A stretch of 58,612 nucleotides of DNA, the filler included, from Sphacelaria rigidula (lineage: Eukaryota), in the NCBI GenBank assembly GCA_964200075.2. It is 9 parts of 9 records of this genome, joined end to end, with 100 filler letters (N's around TTAATTAATTAA, not from the genome) between each part and the next. Parts side by side here need not be neighbours in the genome. Positions count along the whole stretch, not along the records: positions 19,573 to 25,996 come from CAXNAA020020157.1; positions 26,097 to 32,520 come from CAXNAA020020158.1; positions 32,621 to 39,043 come from CAXNAA020020159.1; 6 more parts are not named here. One strand, written 5' to 3'. This document shows positions 24,830 to 38,156 of the stretch, piece by piece. The position numbers and the translations under genes were made by a program. The notes beneath the pieces were generated by a model. It ran no database searches. It was not told the origin of the DNA and saw only the letters and a program-made list of their open reading frames with translations. Positions within the stretch are counted from its first letter, which is position 1. The number at the start of each line of letters is the position of its first letter.

Positions 24830-25430
24830 CTGTTTCTTTCTGGACGTACGAAAGGCTTATGACACAGCATGGAGAAATGGGCTGAAAACAAGTCGTGGGA
24901 AACTGGATCAGACGAAAGATGTGAAGAATGGTGAAGATGACAGAATGTGCCAAAAGTGAATGATGCTAGACGAGTAAATATCGAAACATGTTGATTTCTT
25001 ACAAGGAGCTGCATAAGGATGTACATTATCTCTCTCTTTATCAAAGGTACTCATGAATGACCAGATGATAGCAATAGGAGCAGAAAACCAACAAGTCAAG
25101 GTGGGTGAAGATATTGTGTTAGGATTGATGTTCGCGGATGATTTCGTGGGGGTATCAGGAACATCAGAAGGGTTGCAGAAACACATAGAGAAGGCGCTAG
25201 GATACACTAGGAAATAGAGAGTGACAGCGAACGTGACCAAATGCGAGGTATTGGTCAGTAACGACGATAAGAAACGTCCGGTAGAGTTCGAATGGAAGTG
25301 GGGAGAAGAACAGGAACTGCCGATTGTAGACCAGTGTACATACCATTGTGTAGACATCTCGAAAAGCTGTTCTTGGGATGCACACACCAATAAAGTAACA
25401 GAAAAAGGTAAGGTCAAGGAGGCGGTTTTC
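24830..25430 (+). pseudogene. Decayed LINE reverse transcriptase fragment
   Basis: KAYDTAWRNGL and GLMFADDFVGVSGTSEGLQKHIE...VTANVTKC, with stops and frameshifts. Confidence 0.88.
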
Positions 25431-26395
25431 GAAAGTGCGAAAATATAAAGGTTTGGAAGTGTTTGAGATCAGCAAGCATAAAAACATGCAGTGGTATCCG
25501 ACAGAATGACGAAAAGCGACAGGCCAAAACCCGTTCAACATTGTGACCAACATTTTAAATATGTCGCAATTGGGCGTACGTATATCGAGTTTTCGACGAC
25601 CGCATTCATTTCCACCGCATTGGCGTCGGGAGCGTACGTATACAATTTCAGGTCAAAGCTTTCCCCGTTGGGCCCGGCCGCACATGCCACCTTTTTTCGT
25701 GAAACCGGTGCACCCCGTGGTCTACCTAGTATCAAAGGCTTCCACGAGAGCGGAACGTCTCACAACAAATCCAAGGATATTTATCATGTCTCGAAAAATA
25801 ATCTTGTTGAAAACTACCTTTTTCGCCCTTCTCCGTCGTTTCACGCCCGCAAAGAGGGCTAGACTGGTGTTGACACCTCGCAATGACTTGCTGTACTAGT
25901 TGAAACCGTGCCAGGAGTCATCCTACGATAGGGGGGGGGGGGGGGGGGGGGGGGTACTTTGTTGTTTTGTTTTGGGTGGGGTGAGGGGGGGGGGGGNNNN
26001 NNNNNNNNNNNNNNNNNNNNNNNNNNNNNNNNNNNNNNNNTTAATTAATTAANNNNNNNNNNNNNNNNNNNNNNNNNNNNNNNNNNNNNNNNNNNNGGGG
26101 GTACACATGCGTTCGCGACCGTTCGAACGGACGCGCGATCGCGGTGGCCCTGCAATGTTTCCGGCGGGCATGAACATCGTTTCGAGAGAGGATCTATTCT
26201 CACGAGGGCTTTCACGAGGGCTTGGCAAGGCAAGAATACCGAGACCCTCGAGAAAGACGGACGGGACCGGGGCGCAGCCCCGGGTCCCGTGCGGCTTATA
26301 TATATATATATATATATATAGCTCCAATTCACGCGTCGGACAAATCATGATCCGGATCATCGGCCCCCCTTCTCTATGTTTGCTCTCTACAGCCA

Positions 26396-26702
26396 CGCCC
26401 CGGTGGTGTAATGGTCCGACTGTCACCATCAGGGTGGAGAGAACGAGGGTTCGATTCCTGATGCATCGGGTTTTTTCTCCGTAATATCTGATTTCCACCG
26501 TGGAAAGCATGAGAACGTGAGCAAACAAAGTAGTCGACTGAGTTTGTTTGACGTGAGTTGACGCGGTGCGGGAGTGCTGACCCAATCCGCGAGACCAAAA
26601 TGAAGGGCGTGTACCGGGGAGAGATGGGTTGATTGATCCCTTGAGACTAGTAGTGAGTAGACCACGGACTCGTCCCGAGGAAGGTGAGGGGTTCAAAGTG
26701 CG

Positions 26703-26733
<31 letters not shown>
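26396..26733 (+). mobile_element. tRNA-derived SINE with a (CAA)n tail
   Basis: A box TGGTGTAATGG (~26404), B box GGTTCGATTCC (~26448), (CAA)10 tail. A second copy lies at 49720-49992 (-) and a 3' fragment at 39817-39890. Confidence 0.82.
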
Positions 26734-26859
26734 GCGCCGGACGCCGAGCACTCCGAGTAGCGCAAAGGCCGTGCTTTGGCTTTTCGGACTCTTCTGTCAC
26801 ATATTCTGTGTTTTGGGGTACAAACCGATCCTATTATAGAGTCGTCGTCCATTGATTCA

Positions 26860-27170
26860 AGGGTCGGACAAATAATGATTCGTCTAGAAATTACTTGGTT
26901 TTAGTTTAATTGATTTTTGACTCGTACGAATCAATCCCTAGGCTTTGTTTTCAGCGTTGCAACCCCCAGGGACACGCAGCCCAGACACGTGGAATGGCGC
27001 AAAAGTTGCGTGGATACCCCTTGGACCAGCGGTCAACTTTTTTTCTCCCTTTTGNNNNNNNNNNATCAGGCCGAAGAAATCGTGGATTTGGTGTTTCGTA
27101 GTCGTGATGATTCGTCCTAACCGTGCATTGATTGGTTAATTACTTCAGACGGATCGTGACCTGTCCGATG
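26860..27170. mobile_element. MITE family D with an imperfect TIR (gtcggaca...gattcgtct); same left end at 12898-12948
   Basis: gggtcggacaaataatgattcgtctagaaattacttggttttag is repeated in contig 2. The inverse end is cagacggatcgtgacctgtccgat. Confidence 0.65.
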
Positions 27171-29188
27171 TGTGATACTCTTATTCGAACACAAACGTGT
27201 TTTCCCTATCTCTTATGCTTATTTTGTTATTCAGCAAGATATATTCTTGATTTCTTGCTCTTGGATATTCCTGTATGTGCGTGCTATCCAAGCGTGAAAA
27301 TAGTAGGTAGGTAAGTAGGTAGGTATGTGTATAGGGAAGCCTCAAATTCTTCCTGGCAAAATTCTTGTGCCAAAAATGGACTATACATAGTAGGTAGAAG
27401 AGTCGATTGAGTCGATATGCGTGATTTTACACTTATTTTCCTGACCCCGAAATGGACCAAACATGAGCTACCCCTCACTCGAAAAGGGCCTCAACGATTT
27501 TTGTCAGAGCCAACGTATTTTTTGCTCTTGCGAAGTCAAACCGCGCGAAAATTCACGTCTAGCACGCCCCTCTCACCAGCCGCGCGCGGGGGGGGGCGGG
27601 GCGGGGGGAGGGGGGATGTTTCCAGCTGCACCGTGACCACGCCGCGGAACCCAAAGCACGGGGGGGAACCAGTATACTGGCTGCGTCAACAGACAGCATT
27701 TTGACGCTGGGTAGGTTGCGCCACTCTCCAGCCCTAGATTTTTCGGATTTTTCACACGTGGCTCACATTTGTTTCGGCTCACCTTTCACAGATAGGGATA
27801 AGTCAACGTGAATTCAATGATGTTCGCGCGAGCGCGATCATGGCCGAGCGTTTGAAAATCGGCACTCGGCAAAAATTGAGGACCCGTCTGAAATTCAGGG
27901 GGCGAACTATCACATGGGGCATGTCCTGTCTCACTGTGCTGCAGCATAAACATACTCACGCTCTCCCTCATGTGCTGCAGCTGTCACTGCGCTGTGGTTG
28001 GTGTGTTGAGACCTTTGCGAACATGTCCAACTGTAATTTTTTGTTCAGAGGCCATTTTCGAAAACGTCGAAGCAAAGCGAATCGGAAAAGTATGGGCTAC
28101 ACTCCTCGCCGGGGTGATTCGAAGTGTCAAGGATATGTGATGGCGAATTTCTCTGCTTGGGGGCCAAAAACAGGATCAAATGCCCCAAAATTCAAGAAAG
28201 AATCCCCCCCCCCCCCCCCCCTCGCAAGAGTGATCCAAGGGGTATTTATCAACTGTGTAGTTCCTGAAGATTTTTCCTAAGTTACCCTTCCTTTTCGAAA
28301 ATTTCGATATTTTTTTCCGATTTTTCCAAAGCAAAAAACTCCCGAGAGAGAAGATCCATCCAACACTAGATTTGGGGAGTAATGTGTACAGTACGAGTAG
28401 TCAGTCTTGAATTCATAATCTATTGAGTTGAGAAAATCTGCTCTCACATTTTTCGGTGGAAACGTTTTGTTTTCCCCCTCGAAAGCGTCGCGGATATTTC
28501 GTGGAAAGGGGGAGAACAGCTATAATAGTAAGACCCCCTTGGCTGTATCGTCTGATGTCATGTTTCGAAATCAACCCACCATTGATGTTGAAATCCATAT
28601 TGTGATATCAATAATGAACGTGAAGCATGTTTGTATCTTATATGCAGGAATGGTCGCGCCACTACCCCGACTCGTCCCGTCACTGGAAGCGGACACAGGT
28701 TTAAATGCAAGGGGGTGTTGGTTGGGTGGAACACCCGGGTATTTTACTCTCCCAAATTTCGTGCTGCGATGGTCCAATCTCCAAAGCTTACTCCCAAAAT
28801 ATTGGGTAGCGTTGGGTACGACTGCAATACTCTGACCAATAATATCTGGGTAACGTTGAGTACGATCTCAATACTCTACCCGAGTTTTCGGTACTTGCGA
28901 GTTCGATTTTTCAAGATATTCAAATGTGAGGAATATCCTACCCAACATACCCTCGCGAGGTTTGGAGTACAAGAGCAGTGTTTGACGTACCGGTCGGCAC
29001 AGTCTCGTCCGCCCCAGTCTCACTCATCGGCGATAATTGCCCTATAACCAATAACATGAACTGTTTGTTGTGGTCCCCCCTGCACTGTAATTGTCTGCAC
29101 TGTTATACTAACAATATTAGTCTGGCCTTGATTGAGAGTGAGTTTCACTGTATCGCTCTACGGATACAGTCACTTGACCAATTTTTCG

Positions 29189-29192
<4 letters not shown>

Positions 29193-29262
<70 letters not shown>
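29193..29262. repeat. (GT)n microsatellite
   Basis: Perfect dinucleotide run of about 35 units. Confidence 0.98.
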
Positions 29263-29265
<3 letters not shown>

Positions 29266-29418
29266 CTGTTGACACTGCCGTGTGCTTACAGCTACATGTC
29301 GATATCCTACTCAGGGATATCAAAGGCTTGAGTGGCAAGCTACTACAGAAAACGTATCGGGCCCGGTAAAAGGCCCGGAGGGGGCATTTCGAACCGAAAC
29401 TATTTAATTCATTGGATT

Positions 29419-30233
29419 ATATACGTAAAAGGGTACACCCTGGTGCTTTTGAAACAAAAAAGGGTAACGCCTTTTTCGCTTTGGAGCGCGGCGCTGCACG
29501 CGGGCTGAACACCTCGAAAACATGTTCCAGCGCCTCAGCCCCACGCCCAAGGTGTCTGGGCAGCATGCTCGGCCAATTGTTTTTCACTTTCACAAGTGGT
29601 ACTAGGCTGAACTATGACGCCGAAAATGGAAGCCTGTGAGAGTACCCTATTTTGTGAACAATCCAGGAGGGTACACCCCGCCTCCTGGTCAAAAATTATC
29701 TCTTACCCTTTTTTGTTCACCTGTTTACCCTTTTTTGTGAAGTGGTGACAGTACAACCGGCTCAGCAGAAGATACGCCAAGCAGTTACAACCACAGCCAT
29801 TTTCTGTTAAATTATCCTCCCGACAAAAAAGGCCGAATCCCAACGACCAAGAGAGTGTAGCTCCCTGCTATAGTTGGCCCGAGGACCCGGAAGATCTAAC
29901 GAGGCATTCAGGCCGCTTGTGTGCCGGAGCTCACAAAGATACAACGAACATGTGTGAACATCTTGCCGACAAAGACGCCCGCAAGGCGTCACGTGGTGAC
30001 AATGTCAGACTGTTGCGGGATCTGCGATTTGCGGCTCGGAAACAAAGATGGGCACCGACCGGATTCCGGATCGGAGGAAGAAAGCCTGAATCGATGTACA
30101 ATTAAACGGCACTTTGCCGAGCAGTGAAACCTGAAAAATGACTATTATATGACTCATGAAGAAAAAACAAATATTTGGGTCTATATACTCCGTATATATG
30201 ATCAAATACCAGGGTGTACCCTTTTATGTATAT
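29419..30233. mobile_element. Nested non-autonomous DNA transposon with a 26-bp TIR in a TA-rich target
   Basis: atatacgtaaaagggtacaccctggt versus accagggtgtacccttttatgtatat (one mismatch). Confidence 0.85.
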
Positions 30234-30714
30234 TGACCTAATTCATTCATTCGTTGACCCTTCCTCACTCTCAATCGTATCCTACACTCTCGATCTCACG
30301 AACACGTCGTTGACTGTACTTCACCACTATACGTGTTCCTTGTTGGCAGGAGCTATTCGGCCATCTCAACAGGCATCTCCCCACCTACGCACAGCCGCAC
30401 TTCGTGCGTGTAGCCGAACGTCCGAGCTTGACGTCCCACATGACAACGACGTTCAAGCACATGAAGACCCAGCTCCGGAAGGTGGGCGTGATGGATGGAG
30501 ACATACGACGATGAGCATCATTGATTGAGTTACATCAATTATGTGAATGATTCAAAGCATACAGCGATAATATAATGGTACAATATTGCTATTATATATA
30601 TATATATATATTGCCCTCTTTTTATACCGAGGGCATGTGTTCCACCAGGTTTCGCATTTCACGAACAAAATCTTATCGCAGATGGGGAACAAGTTACCGC
30701 GCATTTCATCCATA

Positions 30715-31381
30715 TGGAGATGCCACGATAGGGGGAGCGAACAATGTTTTCGTGAGATTTAGAGTAGAGGATACGACTCGGAGTGAAAAGCGTCCAATTA
30801 GTGAATGAATCGTTTTAGTTCCGAAATGCCCCTGCACGAGGCCCGATATGCTTTTTGTAATAGCTTGTCACTGAGGCCCTTGATATCCCTGAGTAGGATA
30901 TCGACGTGTAGCTGCGAGCACACGGCAGTGATGAAGGCGAAGAAAAGCACACGCGGAATAAAAAAATTGGCTACGTTAAAGCGAATGATCAAAGCTACTC
31001 TCAAACAGCGCTCTACTCTCAATCTCACGAAAACGTTGTTGGCGGTATTTTGCAACATTGTTTCCGCGAAATTCCACCTCAAAATTGTCGTTGAAAGCAG
31101 CAATTTTTGTTCGGACGCGCTTGCCCCCAAGAAGACACATTCATACAACTTTACACCATTTCCACCCGAATACAGAGGCGCCGCGATTAGTGGCGTCGTC
31201 GTCTGATACACCTGTGCGCCCCGTTTATTTAGTGGAGTCAAAGATCCCGCCCACCCCCCATCCGGATCCGGCGGCGAAAACCCGGGGTGGTCCGTTCTGG
31301 CTCTTTGGGGATGGGAGGCCAATGGTCGTATAACTACTGCATGGAAAATCATTAGTATACCCCCCTATCGTAGCATCACTC
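30715..31381. mobile_element. GAG-type MITE containing a nested family C MITE (30745-31033)
   Basis: Outer ends: gatgccacgataggggg and ccccctatcgtagcatcactc. Inner TIR: ttttcgtgagatttagagtagag and ctctactctcaatctcacgaaaa. Confidence 0.75.
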
Positions 31382-32329
31382 GTCCATACATGTGTTACTT
31401 ATTCTCCTCCCGCTCGCCCCCTCCTCCTTGTGTGTGGGCTGATTTTTCTTTGCCGTTTGATGCTCGTTTGCATCGTTCCTCTTTTGTAGGAGGGGTTCGA
31501 CCCTACCAAGGTTGGCGGGGACACTCTCCTATTCCGCGATGCAGTCGCCAAGACCTTCGTGCCCGTCACTCCAAGCCTGTACGAAGCAATCTGCACTCAG
31601 GGGATGCGCTTGTAGGGCAAAAATCCCCCCCCTCCTGTTCAGTGAAGTGGAGCACCACCATTGTTTTCAAGTTCATCTGGCACTTCGCCGAAATGAAGCG
31701 AGTGTAGGACTAGCTCGTGCTGGAGCTAAAGATAGTCGTAACAAAAAAATTGGTCTGGAAAAAAAAGAGGGGAGGAGGGCAATGAATTCGGCTTTTGTTC
31801 CACCCTATCCGTGATTGGAGATTCAGGGTCGGCACTGACGTTTGTGTTTTTTCCTGTCTGTATTGGAAAACACGCTACCGGAGGGTACGAGAGTTGTGTG
31901 AAGAAGCATACGGCCCGGCGCGTCTGTTTCTTGTATCCCATTGGCCAAGGTGAGAGGGTAGTGAGAGGGGAGTGCTACGTATGACCGGTATGAGCTGCGT
32001 GTTACAGTGTAATGGGTGCAGTGGTGCAGCGGGGTCTAGTGTTAGCTCACCGAACCCCGTTGATGTACAAGCAGTGCAACAGTAGACTGGCTCGTTATCC
32101 AACCTCCGCCAAGAGTCAGGATTATAGCCATGATAGCTTCCGAGTTACCGCTGCAAGTTTTGCAAAAACTCTGATGTACAGGTATGGCGGCTATAGTGTT
32201 GTAGGTCTCATCAATCAAGGTAGCATGTGCACACACGAATCACACTTCTGAGTTTGGCTTTTCCACCCTTCATACACTGGTCAAACGACTAAGGCAAGCA
32301 ACAAATGAGTACACCCCCCCCCCCGCCCT

Positions 32330-32520
32330 CTTGGCTGTCTCTGGAAGTGGCGATACCAGAAAATAAAACAACTCATTGTGTGCTGTCGTCCAAATGCGAG
32401 ATGATCAGTAGGCTCCGGGCCGAACAATCTTGGCAGGATGCTGCTCACCCTTGATGCGACTCGCCGAACACAGCACGGCGCTTTGGGCTTGGTGATCGGG
32501 TGCGAGCCTGGTCCGGCGAA
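32330..32520 (+). mobile_element. Family A retroposon copy directly after a family B poly(C) tail
   Basis: Matches 11363-11555. Confidence 0.85.
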
Positions 32521-33221
32521 NNNNNNNNNNNNNNNNNNNNNNNNNNNNNNNNNNNNNNNNNNNNTTAATTAATTAANNNNNNNNNNNNNNNNNNNNNNNN
32601 NNNNNNNNNNNNNNNNNNNNTCCCAAGATATAGAGTTTTTCCCGCCAGGTGCCTTCAGCGTATCTTAATTGGTACATTTCCCTCTAGTCAGGACACGCAC
32701 GTTGGTGAAAGTGCTGCCGTGAAGCCGTGTATTCAAGTGTCGAAAACGATATCGAGCATTCCAATTTTTAAATAATGGGCTGTTGTCTCAGGCTATTCCA
32801 GATTCGGCATTGATTTCTGTGACAGAAAACTGTCTCGTTTTTTTCAGAATACTTTTATAAAAACAAGCAGAACTTTTCGAAAAACTGCTCAAAACGTGAC
32901 CTCATTATATGAAGTACAGGGTACTACACTGAACACAACGCAATATTCTGCAGCGTTTTTTAGAACCTGAACACGAACTGTATACAATATGCATCAGCTG
33001 CTTTCTCTTGTTGCAGTAGCCACGCGTGGGAGACACACTCCACGTGCACAGCTCCCACAAAAAGATGCGCATAGCTATATCTCCCAGAACTTCGCCGAGT
33101 AAGCAAGCATGGACCCATCGGCGGGTAGTACGTACCCAGCGCTGTCCCGCACGGTGGCTATCACTCGCAAGGTGCGTGGATGTTGTCGCACAGTCGAAAC
33201 GCGGACCGTCTACGATCAAAA

Positions 33222-33320
33222 GCAGCAGCAACAGCAGCAGCAGCAGCATCGGCACCGGCTGATTCAGACCCGCCCCCAGCCGCGTACATTTACGGGCAAT
33301 AAATATGCTGCTGATACTGG

Positions 33321-33357
<37 letters not shown>
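33222..33357. repeat. Facing (CAG)n and (CTG)n tracts
   Basis: CAG run at ~33222-33249 and CTG run at ~33307-33357. Confidence 0.9.
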
Positions 33358-33358
<1 letters not shown>

Positions 33359-35039
33359 CTCGTGCGGGAGGCGGTCCGCGTTTCGTCGTGCGACATTACC
33401 CATGCACCCGGCACGTTACGTTACATGCCGCTGCTACTGCTGCATGCTTATGCTTACAAAAACAGTAAGGTGACCGGAATTTTCCCCTGTTTTTTTTTAT
33501 CGCTTGACCGTTTTCCTCTCACGCATTACACTTGCATGGTGTATTGGCTATTTCGTCTCGAGTCAAACGAATAAGGCGCTCCCCACACTCATCATTTCTA
33601 TGCTGTAGTTGTCGCTGTGCTGTTGTGCATCCAAATACTCTACGACGATCACAGTGCGATGTGCGCTGGAGAGTGCCTGAACAGTTGTAGCGCTAGACAA
33701 GTAGTTATGTCTACATCAAAGCCCAGATCTGTGCACAGGTAAACAATGCGGCAGTTTTGAACGTGGACGTTGGTCCAATATCTGTGTGGTGCTACGGACA
33801 AGACGCAACGAGGTAGCATAGCGCCGACACGCCGAGCCACGAAAACCGACGGATAGACACCTACCATTCACGCGCATTGTTCAAGCGCTAGCTCATCATC
33901 CACACAAGACAGCCTTTGTTTGACGGAAATCCGTCCAGTATTGGATGAAAGGCGGCCCCGTGCGTGTCAAATAGCAACCGAAAACGTGTTGCTGACTGTT
34001 TTTATGATTGTATGCCATTCTTGCTCTTCTTTATTTTCCCTCCCATTCCAATGTAAGAAAGGATAGGAAAATTAGAGTCGCGATGCGATGCAGAGCAATC
34101 TATATAATAATAGGGACAAGGTGCTGCTGTGATGCCGTGTATTCGGGTGACGAAAATGATTTCCACCACATAATATTAGGGACGAGCATCTTGAACGATA
34201 GTCAAACTAAGGACATCGTTGGGAGTACTGGTCGACCTGACCTAGGGCAAACTCCGACCCAGTGGCCTGGCAGTCCCACAAACCCATCGATAGAGGCAGC
34301 AGAAGTGTCAGCGCTGCGCCATGAGCCAGAGCTTCCGTGCGGGTAACTCCACTACTAGCTCTGTCTCGTGAAGTCAACTTAAAACGTGTAAAATCGACGG
34401 CCTGGCGCCTGAAAAACTGGCCCCCCACCTCACAAATAATTTTTCTTATTCACGGTTTGTTTGTCACCAGAAGCCTGATACACCATAGAGTTGATCGAGG
34501 TAAGATATGGTAATTTTCGTGGAAATCGGACCAAACCCCGTGTTGCAAATCACAAAAAAAAAACGAGGAGTGATCAGTTCGCCGGACGTGTTTTTACCAA
34601 CTTCAACCATCGAAGATATTGATCCCAACGGGGATCGACCCAACCTGTATCATTACCATTACACTTTATCAGTTCCCCTTCGATTTCCCCTACCTCTGTG
34701 TCATGTACAAGCTGGGCTGATCGAGAAACGGGGGATTCGCCAACAATCGCTACGCAGAGTTGTTTTTTTCGAGATTGGCACCTGGCCCTTTGACTCGTGA
34801 TTCGCATGGAACTCGCCGGTACATCTATCGCCACATTCATTTCCCCCCCCACCGAGATACTGCTGATTCAATGATCCCCACGACGAGTAGACTCCTGGCG
34901 TACCGGCGAGATAAACTTCTAGCCAATTTTTTCATTTTGGATTGAATGGTTGATTGACTCATGTGTCGCTCTTGAACTGATGTCCCAGGGACCCAGCGGA
35001 GGTCGCATGATGGACGTATCCGAGACAGAACAAAACTGA

Positions 35040-37945
35040 AACACTCGCTGGAGAAACGTGGACCAAGAGCAGAAATGGTAGAAGCGACGAACAGAGTAGA
35101 CTAAGAAAAGAAAGAGAAACTAAAAAACATCAAAACAACAAAAAAATAAATATAAAAAAAACAGAGATGGCCGGCCTCTACCACATGGCTTGGGTGGCAA
35201 AGGTCTTGCGCAGAAACCACGCTCATACTCAGTTGTAGAAAACCAAAACGCCGTGGGGGAAAGATTGCGGCTCATCTACGAACACCTTACTGTTTTAGGT
35301 ATGAAACCTGTCCTCCATGGACCCTACAGAAGCGAGGTACCAATCTGTTCTGGCATACACCGACATGAAAGAAAACGTACGTAGAGAGAAAGATGAGGAA
35401 AGGGAGAACAGAGGATACTAAAGAATTGGTGAAAACCGAAGAATTCAGAGTAGCAGAGCGCGTACGAACACACACCAGGGGACACGGCAATACCACCGAC
35501 CAAGGGCAAGATCAACAACCGATAGGGACAGACAGGATTCTCCGATTGGCGGTCATTGGCGCAGCAGCTCCTCGTATGTGACGGCGATCCTATTCTGGTT
35601 TGTTTTCGCATCGCCGCGTGTTCTAAAATATCTTCCGCCTCTTTCTCGACTCCAAAATGCTATTTGCCCATGTTCTTTGCCGCAGTGACCCAATCGTGTG
35701 CACCCTTAACCTCTACGCCGTAGACGAACCATTTCATCGTGCAGAACAGCCCCTAGAACACGCAGATTCTCCTGTAGTGTTTTTTTCCAGTGTTTGGGGG
35801 GGGCGGCCAGCGTCCATGGGCTCTCGTGTGGACAATCGTCCGTGCATGATGCGTCCGGGAAGGCCTGTTTCCCTCTGCTGGACAAGGGCTCCCGCGAACC
35901 AGGGTTGACGTTTGTCGATAGTCCTCTCGATACGTTCATACTTGGTCATCTTGAGCAAACCTCCGTACGAACCCAAGCGTGGGAATTACCAGCTGCTCGT
36001 TGTGCTCGACGTTTCCCATTTCGATTTACGTGAAGATCTTGCCTTCCAAAACCATGCACTTTTTTTGGGGAGGGGCTATCGTAGAAAGTGTCAGCAGCAG
36101 GGATGAGACGCAACCTTATCCGAATCCCTGGCAGGCGTGGAACCACGCTGACAGTTCACCACTATCTAGCTGTACCCGAGCTTGCATGACCTCGTGAAGT
36201 ATACGGATAACCGTGATCACTTACGGCGGGACTCCGAACCGAGCAAGCAATTCCCACTGGAGCCTTCCTGCAGATCGATAAAGCACATGTTTAGTGGGAC
36301 ATTGCTCGCCCGTCCCAACTCCTGTAGTCGGCGTACTACGAACGCCATGTCGGTGGTCGATCGTTGGCGACTAAATCCGCAGTGCTCTTCCGGGAAGACA
36401 TCTGCTTCCTCACAGAAATTGCCGAGCCTGTCGGCTACGATTTTGAGGAGGACTTCAGCAACATGTGCCACAAGTGAAAGGCCCCTGTACTCGCCACACT
36501 GGGTCCTATCCTCCTTGTGCAGCACTGACATCTTTCCATCCCTGTGGCTCCTCGTCAGATGTCTAGACCACAGAGACAAAGCTGTGGAAGTGATACAGAT
36601 TCCCCAACGTCTCCCCGTCCAGTCCAAGCTGCAGGGTTTCAGTTGGTGGGCCATCCGCACCCGTCGCTTTGTCGTTCGACATAACTCTCAGCGCCTCCTC
36701 AGTGTCACTTGGAGTCTCCTAGTGACATCGCTATCGGTCGTTGCGCAATCTGCACGATGATGGTTCGATCGATGGTTGCCGATATGGAGGTTAGGAACGT
36801 AGAGAATGACCGTTCCCATATTTTGCTAATAACCTTTTGTCTCGCAATATTTTCCCGTTCTCGTCTCGGGTGTACGGCTCACTATCGATGTGTTCTCCCG
36901 ACTCTCTCCACCCTCCTTTGAGATAGATGTTTGTACTATCATTTTGTGCCCCTCAGTCGAATACACTCCTCCAAGTGTCTAGCATACACATCCATGTACC
37001 TATCCACCCCAACTTAGACCACACCTTTGACTTTTTTGCGCTGCTCGCAACGTGCGCAGGCTGGGTGAATTGCTCACGTCTGTCGATGTAAAATATTAAT
37101 GCACGCCCGTCGATCATGCACATCCAAGTGGGATTCGCATAGGTCTGTTGCATGCAAGCGACCAAGGAGCCGCACTGAGACACAATAATATTGCGGTCGG
37201 AGTCCGGCGGATTGGGAGACTGAAGGTGGACGGTGACATTGCGAACAAGCGTGCGATGATCTTGTCGTGTAAGGATGTGGTCAACGCTTTTTTTGTCCAT
37301 GGGGCGAGTCGCAGTAAGGTTAAACGTAGGCGATGTGATTTCCTTCAGGGGGAGGGTGTACTCATGATCTTGCATGCCATAGACATATGATCATTGACCT
37401 CGCATCCCTACAATTCCGGCATGGAGCACGCAGGGTTTTCCCCGGACCAGGCTCGCAATCAATCACCAAGCGCGAAGCGCCGTGATGGGTTTGGCGAGTC
37501 GCGTGAAGGATAAGCTGCATCCTCTCAACGTTTTTCGGCCCGAAGTGTACTGATTATCTTGCATTTGGGCAGTTGCTTTATTTTCTGGTGTCGCCACTTC
37601 CAGCGACAGCCACGGCTTCCACACTGCCTCATGGGTGCTTTCGTCGGGGGTGGAAAAAAACGTGTTGGCCAGGACAAGCCTATTGCCGCCTGCAATACAC
37701 AGTAGAGAAGTGCCCTTACTGTCGTTAGATCGGGAATCCCGGCCGTATGCCCCCACGTTTTTTCATTCGAGTAATGCCGCGATAGCCTCTCCCCAAACCA
37801 GCCCCACACTGTCACCAAGAAAACGGTCGTACAGCGAATTAAGGTTGGGTTCAGGCTGCATGAAGCGTCTCATATGGGCGACATTGGCGGAAACGATCCC
37901 AAGCGTGGGAGTCCCCAGCTGCTCCTTGTGCTCGACTCTTGTCAT
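35040..37945 (-). mobile_element. Highly decayed RTE-like LINE (APE and RT remnants)
   Basis: YRGLSLVAHVAEVLLKIVADRL, EEHCGFSRQRSTTDMAFVVRRLQELG...MCFIDLQ, VDHILTRQ and ANTFFSTP. Same family as 17350-19440. Confidence 0.88.
37348..37635 (-). mobile_element. Family A retroposon inserted into the LINE APE region
   Basis: A full-length copy separates NTFFSTP from ITSPTFN of the host LINE. Confidence 0.85.
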
Positions 37946-38122
37946 TTTGATTCACATCAAGGGTCTGTCGAGGGTAAATTTTCAGACACGGAGCCCTCCC
38001 CGGCCTCCCACGTCCTCCGCCCCCCCCGCCCAACGCCCCCGCGTCCTCCCGCGNNNNNNNNNNCTCCTCTTTTTTTTTTTTGTTTCACATAAAGGGTCTG
38101 TCGGGGGTAATTTTTCAAACCC

Positions 38123-38156
<34 letters not shown>

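Larger units (their letters stand above)
29130..30302. mobile_element. Family C MITE interrupted by (GT)n and by a nested TIR element
   Basis: Family C homology stops at ~29412 and resumes at ~30240. Confidence 0.75.

Noticed and set aside
26396..26475. tRNA gene
   Set aside because: A and B boxes are present, but there is no convincing cloverleaf. It continues into a repeated body and (CAA)n tail, so it is a SINE.
26049..26852. 267-aa ORF with poly-Cys
   Set aside because: Chance read-through of the antisense SINE and the (CAA)n/(TA)n microsatellites into an N gap.
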